A stretch of 64,000 nucleotides of DNA from the NCBI GenBank assembly GCA_004431415.1, contig QPMI01000651.1, positions 124,001 to 188,000 of the forward strand, written 5' to 3'. This DNA comes from Cyanophora paradoxa CCMP329 (lineage: Eukaryota > Plantae > Glaucophyta). Below the pieces are notes generated by a model. It was given only the letters and a program-made list of their open reading frames with translations, was not told the origin of the DNA and ran no database searches. Of this stretch, positions 1 to 13,282 are shown in pieces (the first letter of the stretch is position 1; each line of letters opens with the position of its first letter). The position numbers were made by a program, and so were the translations under genes.

Positions 1-1421
1 GACCGCCTGCGCCCCGCGCCGCGCCGCCCGCGTCAGTGACTCGGCGCGTGCTCGCGGCGCGGGCCGCTTGCTTCGCGGCGCGCGCGCCTTGTTGAGAATC
101 GTGGTGGCCCTGTCGGGGGCGGGCCGTCAGCGCGGGAGCGCCAAAAGGAACGAAAGCTAAGCATCGCACATGTTAGCGAGGAGCCAGTTGAGCGTCCATG
201 CGAACACCTGCGCAGCTCGCGAGGCATATGTGGGCAGTTGAGCAAACTCGACAGCCGCCGCAAGCTAAGGTGGGCGCTCCGAGCATTCGACCCGGCGCCG
301 ACGCACCACGATCGGCCTAACTGGCGGGCCGCTGCCCGCTGGAGGCGCGAGCACGCCAGCCATCGCCGTTCTTCCTCTGGCGGACGCCGGGCGAACCAAC
401 GGTCAAGGCACAGCGTTCATGAAACTTGTAGCTACGGAATCGACGTCTAGCTTCGACGGGCAGCAATCCAGGTTGCTTGATCTGGGGTACGGGTTTGTCT
501 TTCTGGGGGTACGAGCGGCGAACAGCCTTGAAATTGCAATTGCTACTCGCGACCGCGTCGATCCGCCGGCGCTAGCGCCGCGCGCCTCGAGCTCGTCACT
601 GACTCAGTGAGTCACTGCTGCGGCGCCGCGCCGCCGGCGTCGACGTCGACGTCTGCGCATGCGCATGCCGCAGTGCGCATGCGCATGCAGTCCGGCGCCG
701 CGGCCCGGCGGCGCCCGGGGAAAAAAGTGTGGTAAACTTTTAAAACTAGCACGCCGGCGGCCTGTGCTCGGGCTCTGACGTCGACTGGGTCGGCCGCCGG
801 ATGGAAACGGGGTAGGAAGTCTAGGGACAGCGAGCTTGAGGCCTAGGTCGAGGGGCGCGCGCGCGCGGGCCCGCGCGCGGCGTCGGGTGCTGCGCGTTCG
901 CGCATGCACAGCTGCACGCGGCGCCGCATGCACAGCTGCACGTGCACGCAGCAGCTGGCGCCCCCAAGTCCAGCACCTCCCGATCTCTTGCATTAGCACA
1001 CAACACAACTACAATGAGTTTCACATCGCCCAATAAATCTCTCCGACTAGATACTATCGAGGACCGTCGTATGCTGTGCTTTAGAAAGTACAAAATGAAC
1101 GAAAGGTTTGAAGGTTTCGTGTCTAGATATCTAGCTAAGGAGGTTTCTACCTAATACTAATGATGTGGAAGCTAGCTGTATCGATTTCTAAACTAACCTA
1201 AACTCCCGGCTACGAGGTCCTATCTCTACAAAAGACTCCCAATCATGGTACGTCCGCCGCCAGCGCTGCCCAAGGGCCTCGCCGCGCCGTGTGCCAGGCT
1301 CCTCGCCAGCCCCAGTAGATTGGGCTACTGGCCGCCTCCTGCCGTCGCCTCCGCCGCCTCCAGTTGTTGGTGTTGCGTCCTCCGGCCCCGCCCCCAGACC
1401 GCAATCCCCCCGTGTCTCCCT

Positions 1422-4162
1422 CTAGCGCGGGCGCGCCCTTTTTGTGCCCACGCCCCAAGCATACCTGTTCGTATGGTCGTACACTTGCATGGCCGCCGAA
1501 GCCCGGACCCAGCCGTAGTCGTCTGGCGGGCAGCTCAGGTGTGAGAGGGCTAGGGTTTCCCCGCCCTGGTGGCGGGACTCGAGGGCACCGCACTCCCTGC
1601 AGCGTTCCCGCTGCCGGGGCTCCGGATCCGCGCGCTTCCTGCGAGCGTTGCCAGCCGTATCGTCAGGCGGCGCGTCGGCCTCGCGGTCGCGCGCCCCAGT
1701 GCGCTTCGCCTTGGCGCGACGTTCTTTCATGACCTTCGTGATCCCGCACGCCTTCTCCCACTCCGCGTACGCCTGGCATCTGGCGGCCCACGTTTTATGG
1801 GCCTGCTCGCCTATGGCCGTCGCCAGCTTGCGCACGACCTGGGCAGCTTTCTTGGCGTCCGGGACGGTCTCGCGGACCATGTCGGTGAGGCCCGCCGGGG
1901 CAGCCCCCGTAGCACGCACATCTGCGCCTGCCGTTCAGCCGCCGTGAGCGTCGGGTCGTTGACTCTCGTGACCTTCAGGGATCTGGAGAGCGCGTGTGGC
2001 ACTGATCGCTTCTGCGCGCCTTCGAGGGCCTCGCTGACCGTCGCTGCGATGCGTGCTTCCGCAGCGGTGCGCGCCTCCGTCGCCACCGCGCTGGGGCAGG
2101 TGAGGACGTGCTCCAGCGTCTCCTCGGGCCCAGTCACAAGCCGGGGCCGGCCTTCGCCATCGATTTCCCGCGTGCTGCAGAGCGCACAGAGTCCTGCCGG
2201 GTTCACTTCGCTGTAGAGCTCGGGCGCGTCTCGCTTGCGGACGAGGGCCGTCGCCACCGTACCCATCACGAGTTTCATGTGCGTACCCCGGAAGCAGTTG
2301 CTCTCCCGGCTCACCCCGACTCGGCGGGGCCCCATAGCCATCTGATCGTACACGGCCCCATGGTCCACTGGCAGCCGTAGCCACTCCCCGGCCTTGAGCT
2401 GGTTCGTCCACGCGAAGTGCGTGTGGTGCGCGTGAAGCACAGCGGCGTGCCGCCGGGGGTCGCCTTCGACTCGCCTGACTATCCCGGTCGGTCCCTCGAT
2501 CGTCAGCACTGCCGGCATGCTGAACTCGGGCGGCAGGAAGATGTTCTCGTCCAGTTCCTCCTGTTCCAGGTGCGCGCCTTGATCGGCCGCTCTGTCGGCG
2601 GCGTCGTTTAGCTCGTGCATATCCTCGTCGCTGTGCGCCTTGACCTTGATAACCGCAGCCGGCCGCTGCCGATCCCGTCCCATCACCAGGGCACGGAACT
2701 TGGACCACGCGTACAGCTCAGCGCTGCACGTGTTCCGGATGTAGTCTCGCATGTGCATATCGTGCGCATTCAGCACGAACTTATCGAACCATGTGCAGAC
2801 GTTCTGACTGTCCGTGTGCAGGCGCACCCCCTGCGCCGCGAGCACGTCGGCGACGATCGCAGCCTGGAGCTCAGCCTTGTTGTTCTCTTGAAGCCCGCGC
2901 AGCCGGCCGACGTACGTGCCTGCCCATTCCGGGTGGTTCGCCACGGTCCCGTCCGGGAACTCGGCCGGACTCACGACGCCGAGGCCGGCGTGCGCCCCTT
3001 CCGTCTGACCCTTCTTCAGGCTCCCGTCCGTCCATATCCACTGCTCGAGTTTGCCTGGGCGACGGCCGAGCTTCGCGAGTTCCGCCTCTTCGATCTGCTC
3101 CCAATTTGCCAGCATGTGCTGCCAGTAAACGGTGAGGGTGACCCCTTCCTGCGCCGCCCGGGAGTCCCAGTGGCGCGGCGCTCCGCCCGCGTAGTAGAGC
3201 TCGCTCTGCTCTGCTGAATCTGACACAGGTTGTGCCTCGTCCCGCGGCTCGGCGCCCGGCGTCGCCGCCGCAGCTACTTCCAGCGCGGCCTGCAGCTCAG
3301 CCTCGGCCTCCTGGCTCAGCTGTTCACGGAGGAAGCGCTCGTCACCATCCTGTACGGCTTTCACGCGGGCCTGGAGAAGCAGTGCCCTGCGTTTCTCGTC
3401 GTCTTGCGTGCGCAGGCCCGGGTCGTAGTACTCCAAGGTCGGTCGCAGGGCGACCTGCTTGCGCCCGCGCTTCGACATCGTCTCCTGCCCCGCCGCTACC
3501 GCCGGCGTCTCCTCCGTCGGTTCGCCTTCCAAGGCGAGGAGGGTATCCTCCTCCTCCCACCAGCCCTTCCCGTGCGCCCACGAGCCGTCGCACTGACTCA
3601 TTTCGGGGCAGCGCGACGGAGCATTGCGCGTGCACCGGTCGTCATGGTGCCAGTACTGCTTTCCTGTCCCCTGCACTGCTGTGTACGTGCTCGTCTGCCC
3701 CTCTATTTCGGGGTGCCGGCAGTGACCGTCACACCGGCAGTAGAGCCCCTCTTTCTCCGCGTCGGGGTCCGCGCCCTTCGGCACCGGCACCCAGTGCTCC
3801 AGCAGGTACTCCGACGCTAGTATGCTGCCCGTCGCGGACTTGAACGTAATGACTCGCCCCACGTGGGGCTCGGCAGATTCGTCGTGCAGCTGCTCCGCCT
3901 CAAACACGGCTACGAACGCGCCCTTCGTCCACTTCACCTTCCGGGCCCCGCTGGGGAGCGAGGCCATGGCTGACGCGCGCTCTCCCGCCCGCCGCATCGG
4001 GTGCCGCAGCTTCTTCCCGTCAACCGTGAGCGCGTTCGCCACCTCACGCCACCACGCAGGCTCGCTCTTCTGCAGCGTTCCCTTGGGCGCGCCCATGTAC
4101 AGGTCCTGCCAGGTTCGCAAGGTCTCGCCGTCCGCTGCTGTCACCGCGTCCATGGTCGTCAC
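1422..4162 (-). pseudogene. ORF2 C-terminal part: Cys-rich insert, RNase H, CCHC zinc finger, C-terminal W..RC..WEK..GI motif (frameshift near 1900)
   Basis: RNase H motifs WTDGS, NNKAELQA, HTDSQ, KVKAHS, NDAADRAA and the finger CALC...ETLEHVLTC in ORF 1811-4162. TWAARCQAYAEWEKACGITK in ORF 1422-1919. Confidence 0.85.
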
Positions 4163-7100
4163 GCCCGCCCCGTAAAGGGCAGGGGCCGCGACGCTGAAGA
4201 CGGCTCTTGGATGTGCATTGCCACGACGTAGCGCCGGTCGAGGCGCTCCGGGTCAGGCCAAGGCTTCGCCCCGGGCAAGGTGCGGAACGCCGCGTAGCGC
4301 GCGTGATTCGACATCAGCCGGTACTTACGGCGCTGCATCTGCGGCATGATCGCCGCCAGGGCGTTTCTGCGGGCGAGGTCGCTGGAGACGGGTGCGTTTA
4401 GGAACTCGGTCGGGAGCAGAGGCACCCCAAGCTTCTCCTGCAGCGCGCGCACCCGGTGCCGTACAACCCGGGCCAGCAGCGAGCCCTCTGGCGCGCAGAG
4501 CCGGATCTGAGCCTCTGTGATTTGCGCCTCCGCTTGCAGGTGGGCTGTTCGTTTGAGGCTGTACCCCCGTGGCTCCAGATCGCGTAATTCGTCGTCGAGG
4601 CGGCGAGGTTCCCGTGGTGCTTGACGACCCGCATCCAAATACGATCGAGTTCCTGGCACTGACTCTCGCTCAGGGTCATGAGCTTCAGGCCGTACGAGAT
4701 GCGGGCCTGTACTACGGCCTCGACAAGGTAGCAGGCCTCGTTCGCGGTGAGCTTCTTGCGTTCTATCAGCGCGACTGCGCCCCGCGCCTGATCGCAGATG
4801 TACTGCCACTGACGATCCCAGTTCAGGTTTGCGCTCATGTATACCCCGAGGAGCTTGAAGTGCTCGTGGGGCTGGCGGACAAGTCCGACGGGGGTACCGT
4901 TGATCTTCGGCGGGGAGGGCTGCTTCTCCTTCTTCTTCGCGGCGGGGTGGGCCCCAGGTTTGCTCTCAACCTCGCGACGTGCGTTGTTCCACGTGAAGAT
5001 CGTCTTCTTTGCGTTGACCTCGATATCGTGCAGGCGGAAGAACTCGCCGGCCACGTCGGCCTGGGTCTGCAGCCCCCGCATGCTGCCGCTCATCCACTTC
5101 GTGTCGTCGGCGTACGCCACGCCGCTGACGCGGGCCCGGCCCTCGCGTTCCGCAGCATCGGTCTCCCTCGGGTTCCCCATCACGTACGCCGTGCCCGGCT
5201 CCTCCCAGCTCTCGGGGTGGGCATAGTGCTCTATCGTCTTTGCCGTCTTCTTTCCGTGCTGGCGCTCGTGCTGATCCAGGCGCTCTTGCGCGCAGAGGAG
5301 GGCATCGTAGAAGATCAGCCAGTGCAGCGGCGACTCGACGCCGCCCTGCGGCAGCCCGCACTCGAGCTCGAACTCGTCGGAGAGGCCGTGACCGGAGATT
5401 GCCCGCGCCCTGCGGCGCCGGAATATGTTCCTGTGGAGTTCGATGTACCCCTCGGGTACGTTTAGCCTCCGCATCGAGAGCTCCATGCTCTCCCACGAGA
5501 CGGAGTCGTACGCTCGCCTGATATCCTGCAGCAGGATGTACAGGGGCTTCTTGAACTCCTTCGCGTCCTCGAGGACTGCGTTAAAGACGTGGAGGGCGTC
5601 GTCCGTCGAGCAACCAGGTCTGAAGCCGTAGTTGGCCCCTTTCAGGAGCCCGTTCTGATGGATTGTCCGGGACAGGCGCGCGTTCAGGAGGCCAGTGGTC
5701 AGCTTCAGGGCCACCTCCTGCAGGGTGATCGGTCGCAGGTTATTTTCGATATCCCCGTCCCACTCCCGGCTCTTAGTAATGCCGAGGATGTTGCCCTGAC
5801 ACACGGCGTCCGGCAGGTCCCGGAGGCGGATCGCTTCAGCCACCAGCGAGAGCAGCAGCTTCCGGCCCCAGTGTACGGGCTCCGCTTCCGTGGCCTCCTC
5901 GGCGCTCTCGTCGGCTGGGCTCGGGCCCTCCGGCGCTGGGCCACCGGCCTCGTCGCCCTTCCCGTCTTTGGGCTTCGGCTTGGGCACCGGCGCCCATAGG
6001 AACTTCACCATAGCATATGAGAAGTTCGACGGCCCGGCTGCCGTGTTTCTTAGCGTTTTAATGTAGTCGCCGAGCTCGCCTTCGTTCGGCACCGACATGT
6101 CGTTTCGGAATAGTGCAGGGTCCGCGTATGCTTTTGGCTCGTATTCCAGCCTCCAGAAGTCGATCAGTTCTTTCCCCATGCTATCCTTCAGCGCACTTTC
6201 CGGTATTGTCTCTGGGGTGCAGCCCACGCGTGGGCGTCGGCGTCGGCACCATTTCCGCCAGTGCTCTTTTAGGAGTCGTTTCACTTCCTCAGGCTCCGTG
6301 TAGATTTCATACGTTTTTCCGTCCTTGGATACACGCGTGATGTGCATGATCGGGCGGTTCCGCGGCTTTTCTAGCACCGCGGCTATATAGGATCCGAGCT
6401 GGCGGCCGTCCATGAACTTGTCTAGCCTCTCTTTTAATGCCCTCTCAACGTCCTCCGCCTGGAGCGCCCGGCGGATTTTCTGCAGGTCGTGCCGCGTCCG
6501 GTTTCGCCATACTTTCAGCTCCCGGAAGAAGGTCGCCCAGTCTTCTTTGAGCTGCCGCCGGTGCATCTCGGCCCAGTCCTCTTGCTGATCAGCCGCGGGG
6601 GGTACGGCTGGAACCGGCGCGGGGCTACCGCTGCGCGAGCCTTGTGAGCTGTGCGAGCTCGAGTGCGCATACGGGGATCCGGGCGGCGGTGAGCCTTGTT
6701 CAGCCCTCGCTTGGCGCCGTTCAGCCGGACGGAGCGGGAAGGGTCGGAGACCTTCCCTGGCGGTCACGTAGTGCAGCAGCTTCTCGATCGCCTGGACCGT
6801 CAGCTCCGACGGGATCCCGCCTGGTTCCTTCCTCCAGGCAGCGAGAATGCGGGCAACTCTGGCGTCGGCCTTCGCCTGCCACGGCAGGTTGCGCGGCTTG
6901 GTCGGCTTCCCCCCTCGGCCCCTCATGCATAGATGTTCCTTTGCCACCTCCTGAACAAGGCTCGCGCTCGCAGCGTGGATGCGGCTCAGTCGCTCGAGAC
7001 GCTCTTCCGGCGTGCCCTCGCCGACGGCGTCGAGGTCCGCCCCGACGGCTTCGCCGAGCTGCCTGTTTAGCTCTCTTTTCAGCTCATCTTTTTCGTTTTG

Positions 7101-8419
7101 TGTGCGCTTCAGGCCGTCCGGGTCAAACACTGGTGGCCCGGGTTTCGGTTCTGGCTTCGGTCCCACCGGCGCTGTCATGCCCGCCTCCTTCAGGTCGAAG
7201 TCCGCGAACGCTGGATAGTGGTCTGAGTCGTGCGGCGCATCGACCCACGCGGGGCACGTGTGCGCGCTGAGGAGCGCGTGATCCAGTGATTCCGAGACCA
7301 GCACTGCATCGATGCGCGCCGCGTGCCAGAGCGCGTCTTTTGGTAGGTCAGCCGGCGTTTCCTCCTCGGCTTCGCGTTCCGCGCCCTCTGACTCGTCTAC
7401 TCCGTCTGACGGTACAGGTGCCACCGCCGCCCCGACCGACGCTCCTTGGCCCTTGCTTCCGTGCGGGGTGCGGTGCGTGATCTCGCGTGCTCCGCAGAGA
7501 GTTCCGTCATCATGTTTCGCCGCGTGTGACATCCCGGCGTCGCGCAGGTCCCACGAGTCGATCATCGTGTGCCACCACTTCCGTTCGGCTTTGTGGCTCT
7601 GGGCCAGGGCGCCGTTTCGGATGCGTGAGCTCGACGGGACCGGGACCGAGTTCCAGTCTCCCAGGAGCAGCAGGTGCGCGTTGTCACGCTCGTAGAAGTC
7701 GTCGTACATCTTCGTCAGTTCTTCAACGACCTTCTCCTGATCCTGGCGGTGCGCAGCTTTGCTCTCGGTCGCGGGCATGTACACGCTCGCCACGAAGAGC
7801 TGGAGGTTCCCTTTGAAGCGGAGCTCGAACCCGATCAGCCGGCCCTGGACCTCGTACTTCGTCGTGAGGTGCTTGACCCATTGCGGCGCGACCCAGAGAG
7901 CGGCGCCGCTCCCTCGCGTTCCGTCTCCTGATTTTAGCGTGTACAGGAGCTTTCCGTGCGTTATCGCGCCTTCCGGCTGGAGCGGGTCCTCCCCTCTCGA
8001 CCTCAGGGCGGCGGCCATCTGGGGCTTTGTCATCGACAGCTCCTGCACGCCCGCTACATCGACATCCCAGCGGCAGCAGAACTCTTCTAGCTGCTGCAGC
8101 TTGTAGGCGCTGGAGCCTCTCGTGTTGAAGGTCATGGTCCTCAGCACCCCGTCCGGTTTCTGCTTCCTGATAGCCGGTTCGTCCCCTATGAAGTCGCCAC
8201 CTTCGGGAAACATGCTAGGGGGAAGACGTTCTCCAGCCGAAGCGTCGCGGCCGCCTGCCCAGATCCCGCGGGCGCCGCGCCCGCCGCCTTGTTGTTCAGC
8301 TGCAGCTTGGTCGCATTTTGTTTCTTTTGGCCCGTTGGCTTGCTGCCGGGCGCCTTAGGTTTTGGAGCTGCTTTTGGTGCCGCGGGGGCCGCGGCCGCAG
8401 ATTTAGTTTTCTTTTTCAT
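4159..8419 (-). pseudogene. ORF2 N-terminal part: AP endonuclease + reverse transcriptase (frameshifts near 8215, 4560, 4165)
   Basis: EN motifs MTFNTRG, GVQE, GDWN, RID, SDH. RT motifs RPITL, GFRPG, DIRRAYDSV, GLPQGGVESP, YADD, KLLGV in ORF 4398-8213. Likely start is the ATG at 8419 (MKKKTK) in the overlapping frame. Confidence 0.92.
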
Positions 8420-8596
8420 TTGGGTACAGTACAGTTGTTGACGTTGTGTACCATCCCAGTGCCCTTGTGCACGCGCACTGGAAGACAATCTTCAGCATGG
8501 CGGTTTATCGAATCAAGGGCGGGAAAGCTACAGACAAGTGTTCTGTGGGTAAAGGGGCTCTCACTGGAGCACTGGGGACTATGGCTGTAGCTAGGC

Positions 8597-11500
8597 CTAC
8601 TGCGGCAGCGGTCGCTTGCCAAGGGAAGTCGGGCGGAGGCCAGCAGCGCCGGCTTGCATAATTTGGTCGTACATGCGCTGGTGTGCCGGGACTTCGCGCG
8701 CCGCACGAACCGCCCGGCGGGGCTGCTGGCTCGCAGTGGCCTGGGCCACCGGTTGCTGCCGGACTTGCTCGGCGTCGAAGGCGCGGCCGCAGAGGGGGTA
8801 GCCCTTGAAGTCGTGGTGGAACGTGAAGCCCCGCTGCGCCACTCGCACCGCCACCGCCTGCGCCAGGCCGTCCGTTGGCGAGCTGCAGCGCTCGCACGGG
8901 AATGGCTGCGCGCAGGTCTGGTCAGCTCTTGCGATCGATCATGCATGCAAAGTGCCCCACTGACCTCGTACGGGATGACGACGAATCGGTTCGCCAGGAG
9001 GACGCCGCCGATCCCTGGGAGGGGCACGGGGGTCGCCGGGGCCACCAGCTTCTCCGCTACCTGTGCCGGCGAGCTCCCCGGCCGGCCCTCGCCACAGAGC
9101 TCGTAGGCCTTCTTCACCAGGTCGATTGGCGCCGCCACCGTGTTCGCCGTTCCCGGGCCGAAGAAGCGGGCTGCAACTTGCGGCTGCTTCGCGGGGCTTA
9201 CTTCAAGGTGGACGAACGGGGAGCGCGCCCAGTTCGTCGTCGTGAAGTACAGGCTCGGCTTGCCGTACGACTGGCCCGTTGGCTGGGGGGTGGAGGTGAC
9301 CAGCGCGTTCTCGGCCTTGCAATGGCCGGGCCAGACGACTCGGGTCTGCGCGTTCGCTGTGAGCGCCTGCCTTCGCCGAAATGCTGTGAAGGAGGAGGGC
9401 TCGTGCACCGTCCCGAGGCCTTTGAGGATCGCGGCAAAGTTCTCGTCGGCCAGGTTCATCGTCGAGGGGACGTGCAGCATCGTGAAGTGCTGTGCGCGCT
9501 CCATCCGTGCCGGCGGAGCAGTGCCTCGGATCAGATTCAGCATGATGCGCTGCTCCGGCCACGGGTGCATGCCAGCGAGCTTGTCGACCAGGTCCTGGGA
9601 TGGGGGCACCGCGAACACAACCTGCGCCCCGGCGTTCGCAGCGGGCCGCGCGTCCGGCATCGCCCTGGCTAGCTGAGGGCGGCGCACTCGGTTTGTGGTA
9701 TGCAGTGCTTGGATGCTGTTCGGTTTCTTGTCCCGCTCGGGGCCGCGCTCCGCGAATACGGCGATCTCGGATATCAGGTAGCCGCGCTCCTTCTTGAACG
9801 TTGCAGCGGTTTGCCGCATCTCCGCTTTGATGATGCTCTCGACCTTGCGGACCACTTTGCCTTCGGGGATGTCAGGCGGCAGGTCGATAGCCTGCACCGT
9901 GACCAAGGTTTCAGCGCAAGCACACCGCGGCCTTCGTTTATGCTTGGTTGTTCCTTCTTTTAGGGGCGGTGGCGAGCTTACCTGCATCACGAACTTGTTG
10001 AGCCCCGTGCGCTTCTTGTCGTATCGGGGGAGGAAGTGCGCGAAGGATTCGGGCCGGCCGCCCTTGACAGCCGGCAAACGGAGCGAGTCGGGGTCCGTGC
10101 GGTGCAGGGCGAGGAACGCCTGGTAGGAGCGCTGGTCCGACGCGTTCAACTCGAAGACTGAGTGGTCGCCGGCCACCGTGAGCTTGCGGCTGTTTGGATC
10201 ATGATTGAGCCGACCCTTGTGCTTCTGGAGCACGCCCTTCAAGTGCTCCTTCGCCTTGGTTACCGCTTCCGGGGCGTAGACGTCCCCGGCAGCAGTGACG
10301 CCCGCTGCAGCAGCCACGTCCTCATACTTGATCTCCAATCGGAAGGTAAGAGGATCCTCGATGATGTCAGGGCAGTCTTTCTGGACCCACAGGCTTGACG
10401 GGCCAGCGGCGGGCGCGGCGGGCGATGCTCCACGGTTCGCTGTCGCGCTTTCTCGAGTTGGGGGGCGCTCGCTACCCGCAAAAACCCGGTAAGCAACTGC
10501 GTGCTGTTGTAGATCTAATCGCACGTTCGTGCACCTGCTGCCGGGTGTCGGGCCACGCTGGCCGTCCGCCGCCGCCGCCGCCGCCGAGCCCGAGGCGCCG
10601 CCGCTGCGTTCCGGTTCAGGGCCGCCTTCTGTACAGCATCTACATGTATGAGATGCGCACGGTGGAACCAGTGGTACGTTCAGGTTGAGCGGGTCCTGTT
10701 CCAGCTCGCTGGCGATGTCGGCGAGTTCCTTGTCTGCAGACGCGCAAGGCATCTCAGCGTCCATCAGATACGCATGATCATGAGTGTTCAGCGCACCGGC
10801 AGCCTCCACCGCTTTCGGGTGCTTGGCTCGGATCTCATTCTCTATCTTGCCGCTGATCTCGCCCACGATGTCGCGGTTGATGTTGAACTCGCGGGCGATC
10901 GTGTCCAGCGACTCGCTGAGCGAGATGCCCAGCGTGTTGGAGCCATTCCGAAGGTACTGCGCATAGGAGTTGCTGTAGTCTTCCGCTGCTAGGTGGCGCC
11001 AGAGAGGCGACGTTGCCGCTACGTGCGTAACGATCGTGCCTACTGGTGCTGTTGGATTACTGCCGGCGTACTCGCCAACGACCTTGGCAATGACTTCGGC
11101 TGCCGCTGAGGACGCTCCTGTTTCGATGAACGCTGTGCGCGGCGTCTTTGCCGGCGGCTCCTCGCTCGACTCGCGGTCCGAGATGCGCACACGCGACAGG
11201 CCGAGAGTCGGGCTGGGCGCGCTCTGACTGTCATCGGTGCTGCCGATTGCAGCGATAGCCGCTGCGTTCGCAGCTGCGATGTCCGTTGTACCGAGTTCAT
11301 CGAGATCCAGGCCGTCATACGCGTTGTGGACAGGGATCGGCGGCGCTGGGCCAGCTCCCGCGGCGGTGAATGGATTCTGCTGCTGCGCAACGAAGACGCG
11401 AGCGTCATCGTGCAGAATCAGAGACAGAGATTCGCTAGCGTCACTAGAGCTTCTTGCAGGGGCACGGCCAGGGCGCCGGCAGGGACTGTTCGGACTGGAA

Positions 11501-11922
11501 TGGATCGGCACCGTTCGCAGAGTAGGCACGACTGAATCGCCGGAGCTTGACCCGGGTCCGGGAAAAGCTCGATCGGCGAAGGGACATTCCGAATCACGAC
11601 TCGAAAGTCGGAGATCAAATTCCGTGGGCGCCCGGCGGGCCTCCGAGCAAAATCCAAATTCCCGGCGGGCCGAACGACGAAACGCGGCGACGGAGGGGTG
11701 TTTTTGAGAGTTAGAGCTATAGCTAGCGCTAGAAGGCAGGTGTGGTCCCGGCGCCGCCAGTGCAAGGGATTCGGTGGCGAGGGCGAGGGAAAATTTGAAA
11801 CTTTTTATCTGGGCGCAAGGCACGCGCCAGAGGGCTTCCCCTGGGCGCAGACAGCTTCTATTCCATAGATTTGGTGGCGAATGGTCCGGATTTAAAGCGA
11901 AACGTGAGAGGACGGCCGGCAT
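8597..11922 (-). CDS. Retrotransposon ORF1 (gag-like), ~1000 aa; probable frameshift near 8885; start uncertain
   Basis: 1168-aa open frame directly upstream of ORF2 on the same strand. No diagnostic motif recognised, so the call is positional. Confidence 0.6.
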
Positions 11923-13282
11923 ACCTCCATCTCCGGAATTCCGTTGATTTCGGTATCACCAGGCTCGCCAGAGGCTACCGAGTGCTTCTGTGCTGTCCGC
12001 TGGTCCTCCCGCGCTTTTGCACGAGCAGGAAAGAAGTTCTAAGGAAGCCCCTTTTTTTCGGGGTACACGAAGAATCCCCCCAAGTCCAGCAAGCTGAAAC
12101 CGGGGCGCGCGCTGTGACGTCGACCGGGCGCCGGGCCCCCGGCCGCGGGCCCGCGCGCCTGTACATGTGCCGGCCGCGGCGCGGCGCGCGCGGCGCGCGC
12201 CGTCGACGTCACGCGTACGCGCACGCGTGGCGCGCGCCATGATGATGCGCAGCTGCGCATGCAGCTAGCTGCGCATCATGGCATGCGCACTAGCGCTGGC
12301 CACAGTGGCCAGGCCCGGCCGCCGTGACCGCCGGGCCGGCCCAGACCGGCCCCCGGCGCCGGCGCCGGCGCGGCGCGTGGCGCTGGGCGGCGCCGGCGCC
12401 GACGCGCGCGCAAGTCCAGCAAGCCGCTAGCCGGAGCTCAGCTAATTGGCCAGCTAGCGAGCCTGTCGGCTAGCCTGCCGGCTTCAGGCACGGGTACTGA
12501 AACACGAATTCCACAAACTCGCAGGAGCTGTTTTTTTCGGCATCCGGTACAACAGGTACTTGATGCGGCCTATAGCTAGCGCGCCACGCGCTGCTTCCCG
12601 AGCACTCGCATGTATGACAAGCTCTGTAGCGCATCGCAATAGCTTTCTTATGCACTTGGTCTGGCCCCTATACGACCACAGGATCAGGCGCTGCAGCTGC
12701 AAGGGATAGTCCAGGAAAGGCTCTAGATCTGCAGCTGGTCCTTTTTTCCGCGCAGCTGCAGCATTCCGCTCTTTCCGGGTTCTGACAACGAATTCGGGGC
12801 TCTCTTGCATGCACTAACACTGGGTTAAGAGCTCGGAGCTGGATCGGGAGATGAGCAGACTCGTCATTTTGTGAGTTACCGAAAACGGGGGCCCTATACC
12901 CCGTTTCCAAAACCGGCCGATCCGGGCTGGGCCGGACTCGAACCCTAGCTAGCTAGCTAGCTTGCTGCGCATGCGCGCATGCGTTCGAATGCTATAGCTA
13001 GCAAGCGCGCCGCGTGCGTCTTGCGCCGGCGCGCACGCGGGAAACAAAGAGAACGTACCGCCGGGTCAGATCAAGCCTGTGACTGCGCCGTCCTTGAGCT
13101 CGAGCGCGATCTTCGAGAAGCTAGCTATATATAGCTGGTCGGGTGCCCGATCGCGAGCAGGCAGCTCCCCGCGCTGATGCGCTTCCGAAAGCTAGTGCCG
13201 GTGCGTAGAGATCGCGCCGGCTCGCGCCGCCGGGAGAGCTAGCTAACGGAGTCGCCGCGCGTCAGGTCCGCGGTGCCTGCCC

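Larger units (their letters stand above)
1422..11922 (-). mobile_element. Non-LTR retrotransposon (LINE-type, APE-RT-RNase H); exact ends not resolved
   Basis: Collinear minus-strand ORFs: long ORF1, then endonuclease, RT, RNase H and CCHC segments. No LTRs or integrase. No poly(A) tail or TSD recognised. Confidence 0.88.

Noticed and set aside
4398-8213. RT as part of a DGR, retron or viral system acting on the fibre gene
   Set aside because: The RT is fused to an AP endonuclease and RNase H in host-composition DNA. No template/variable repeat pair was seen.
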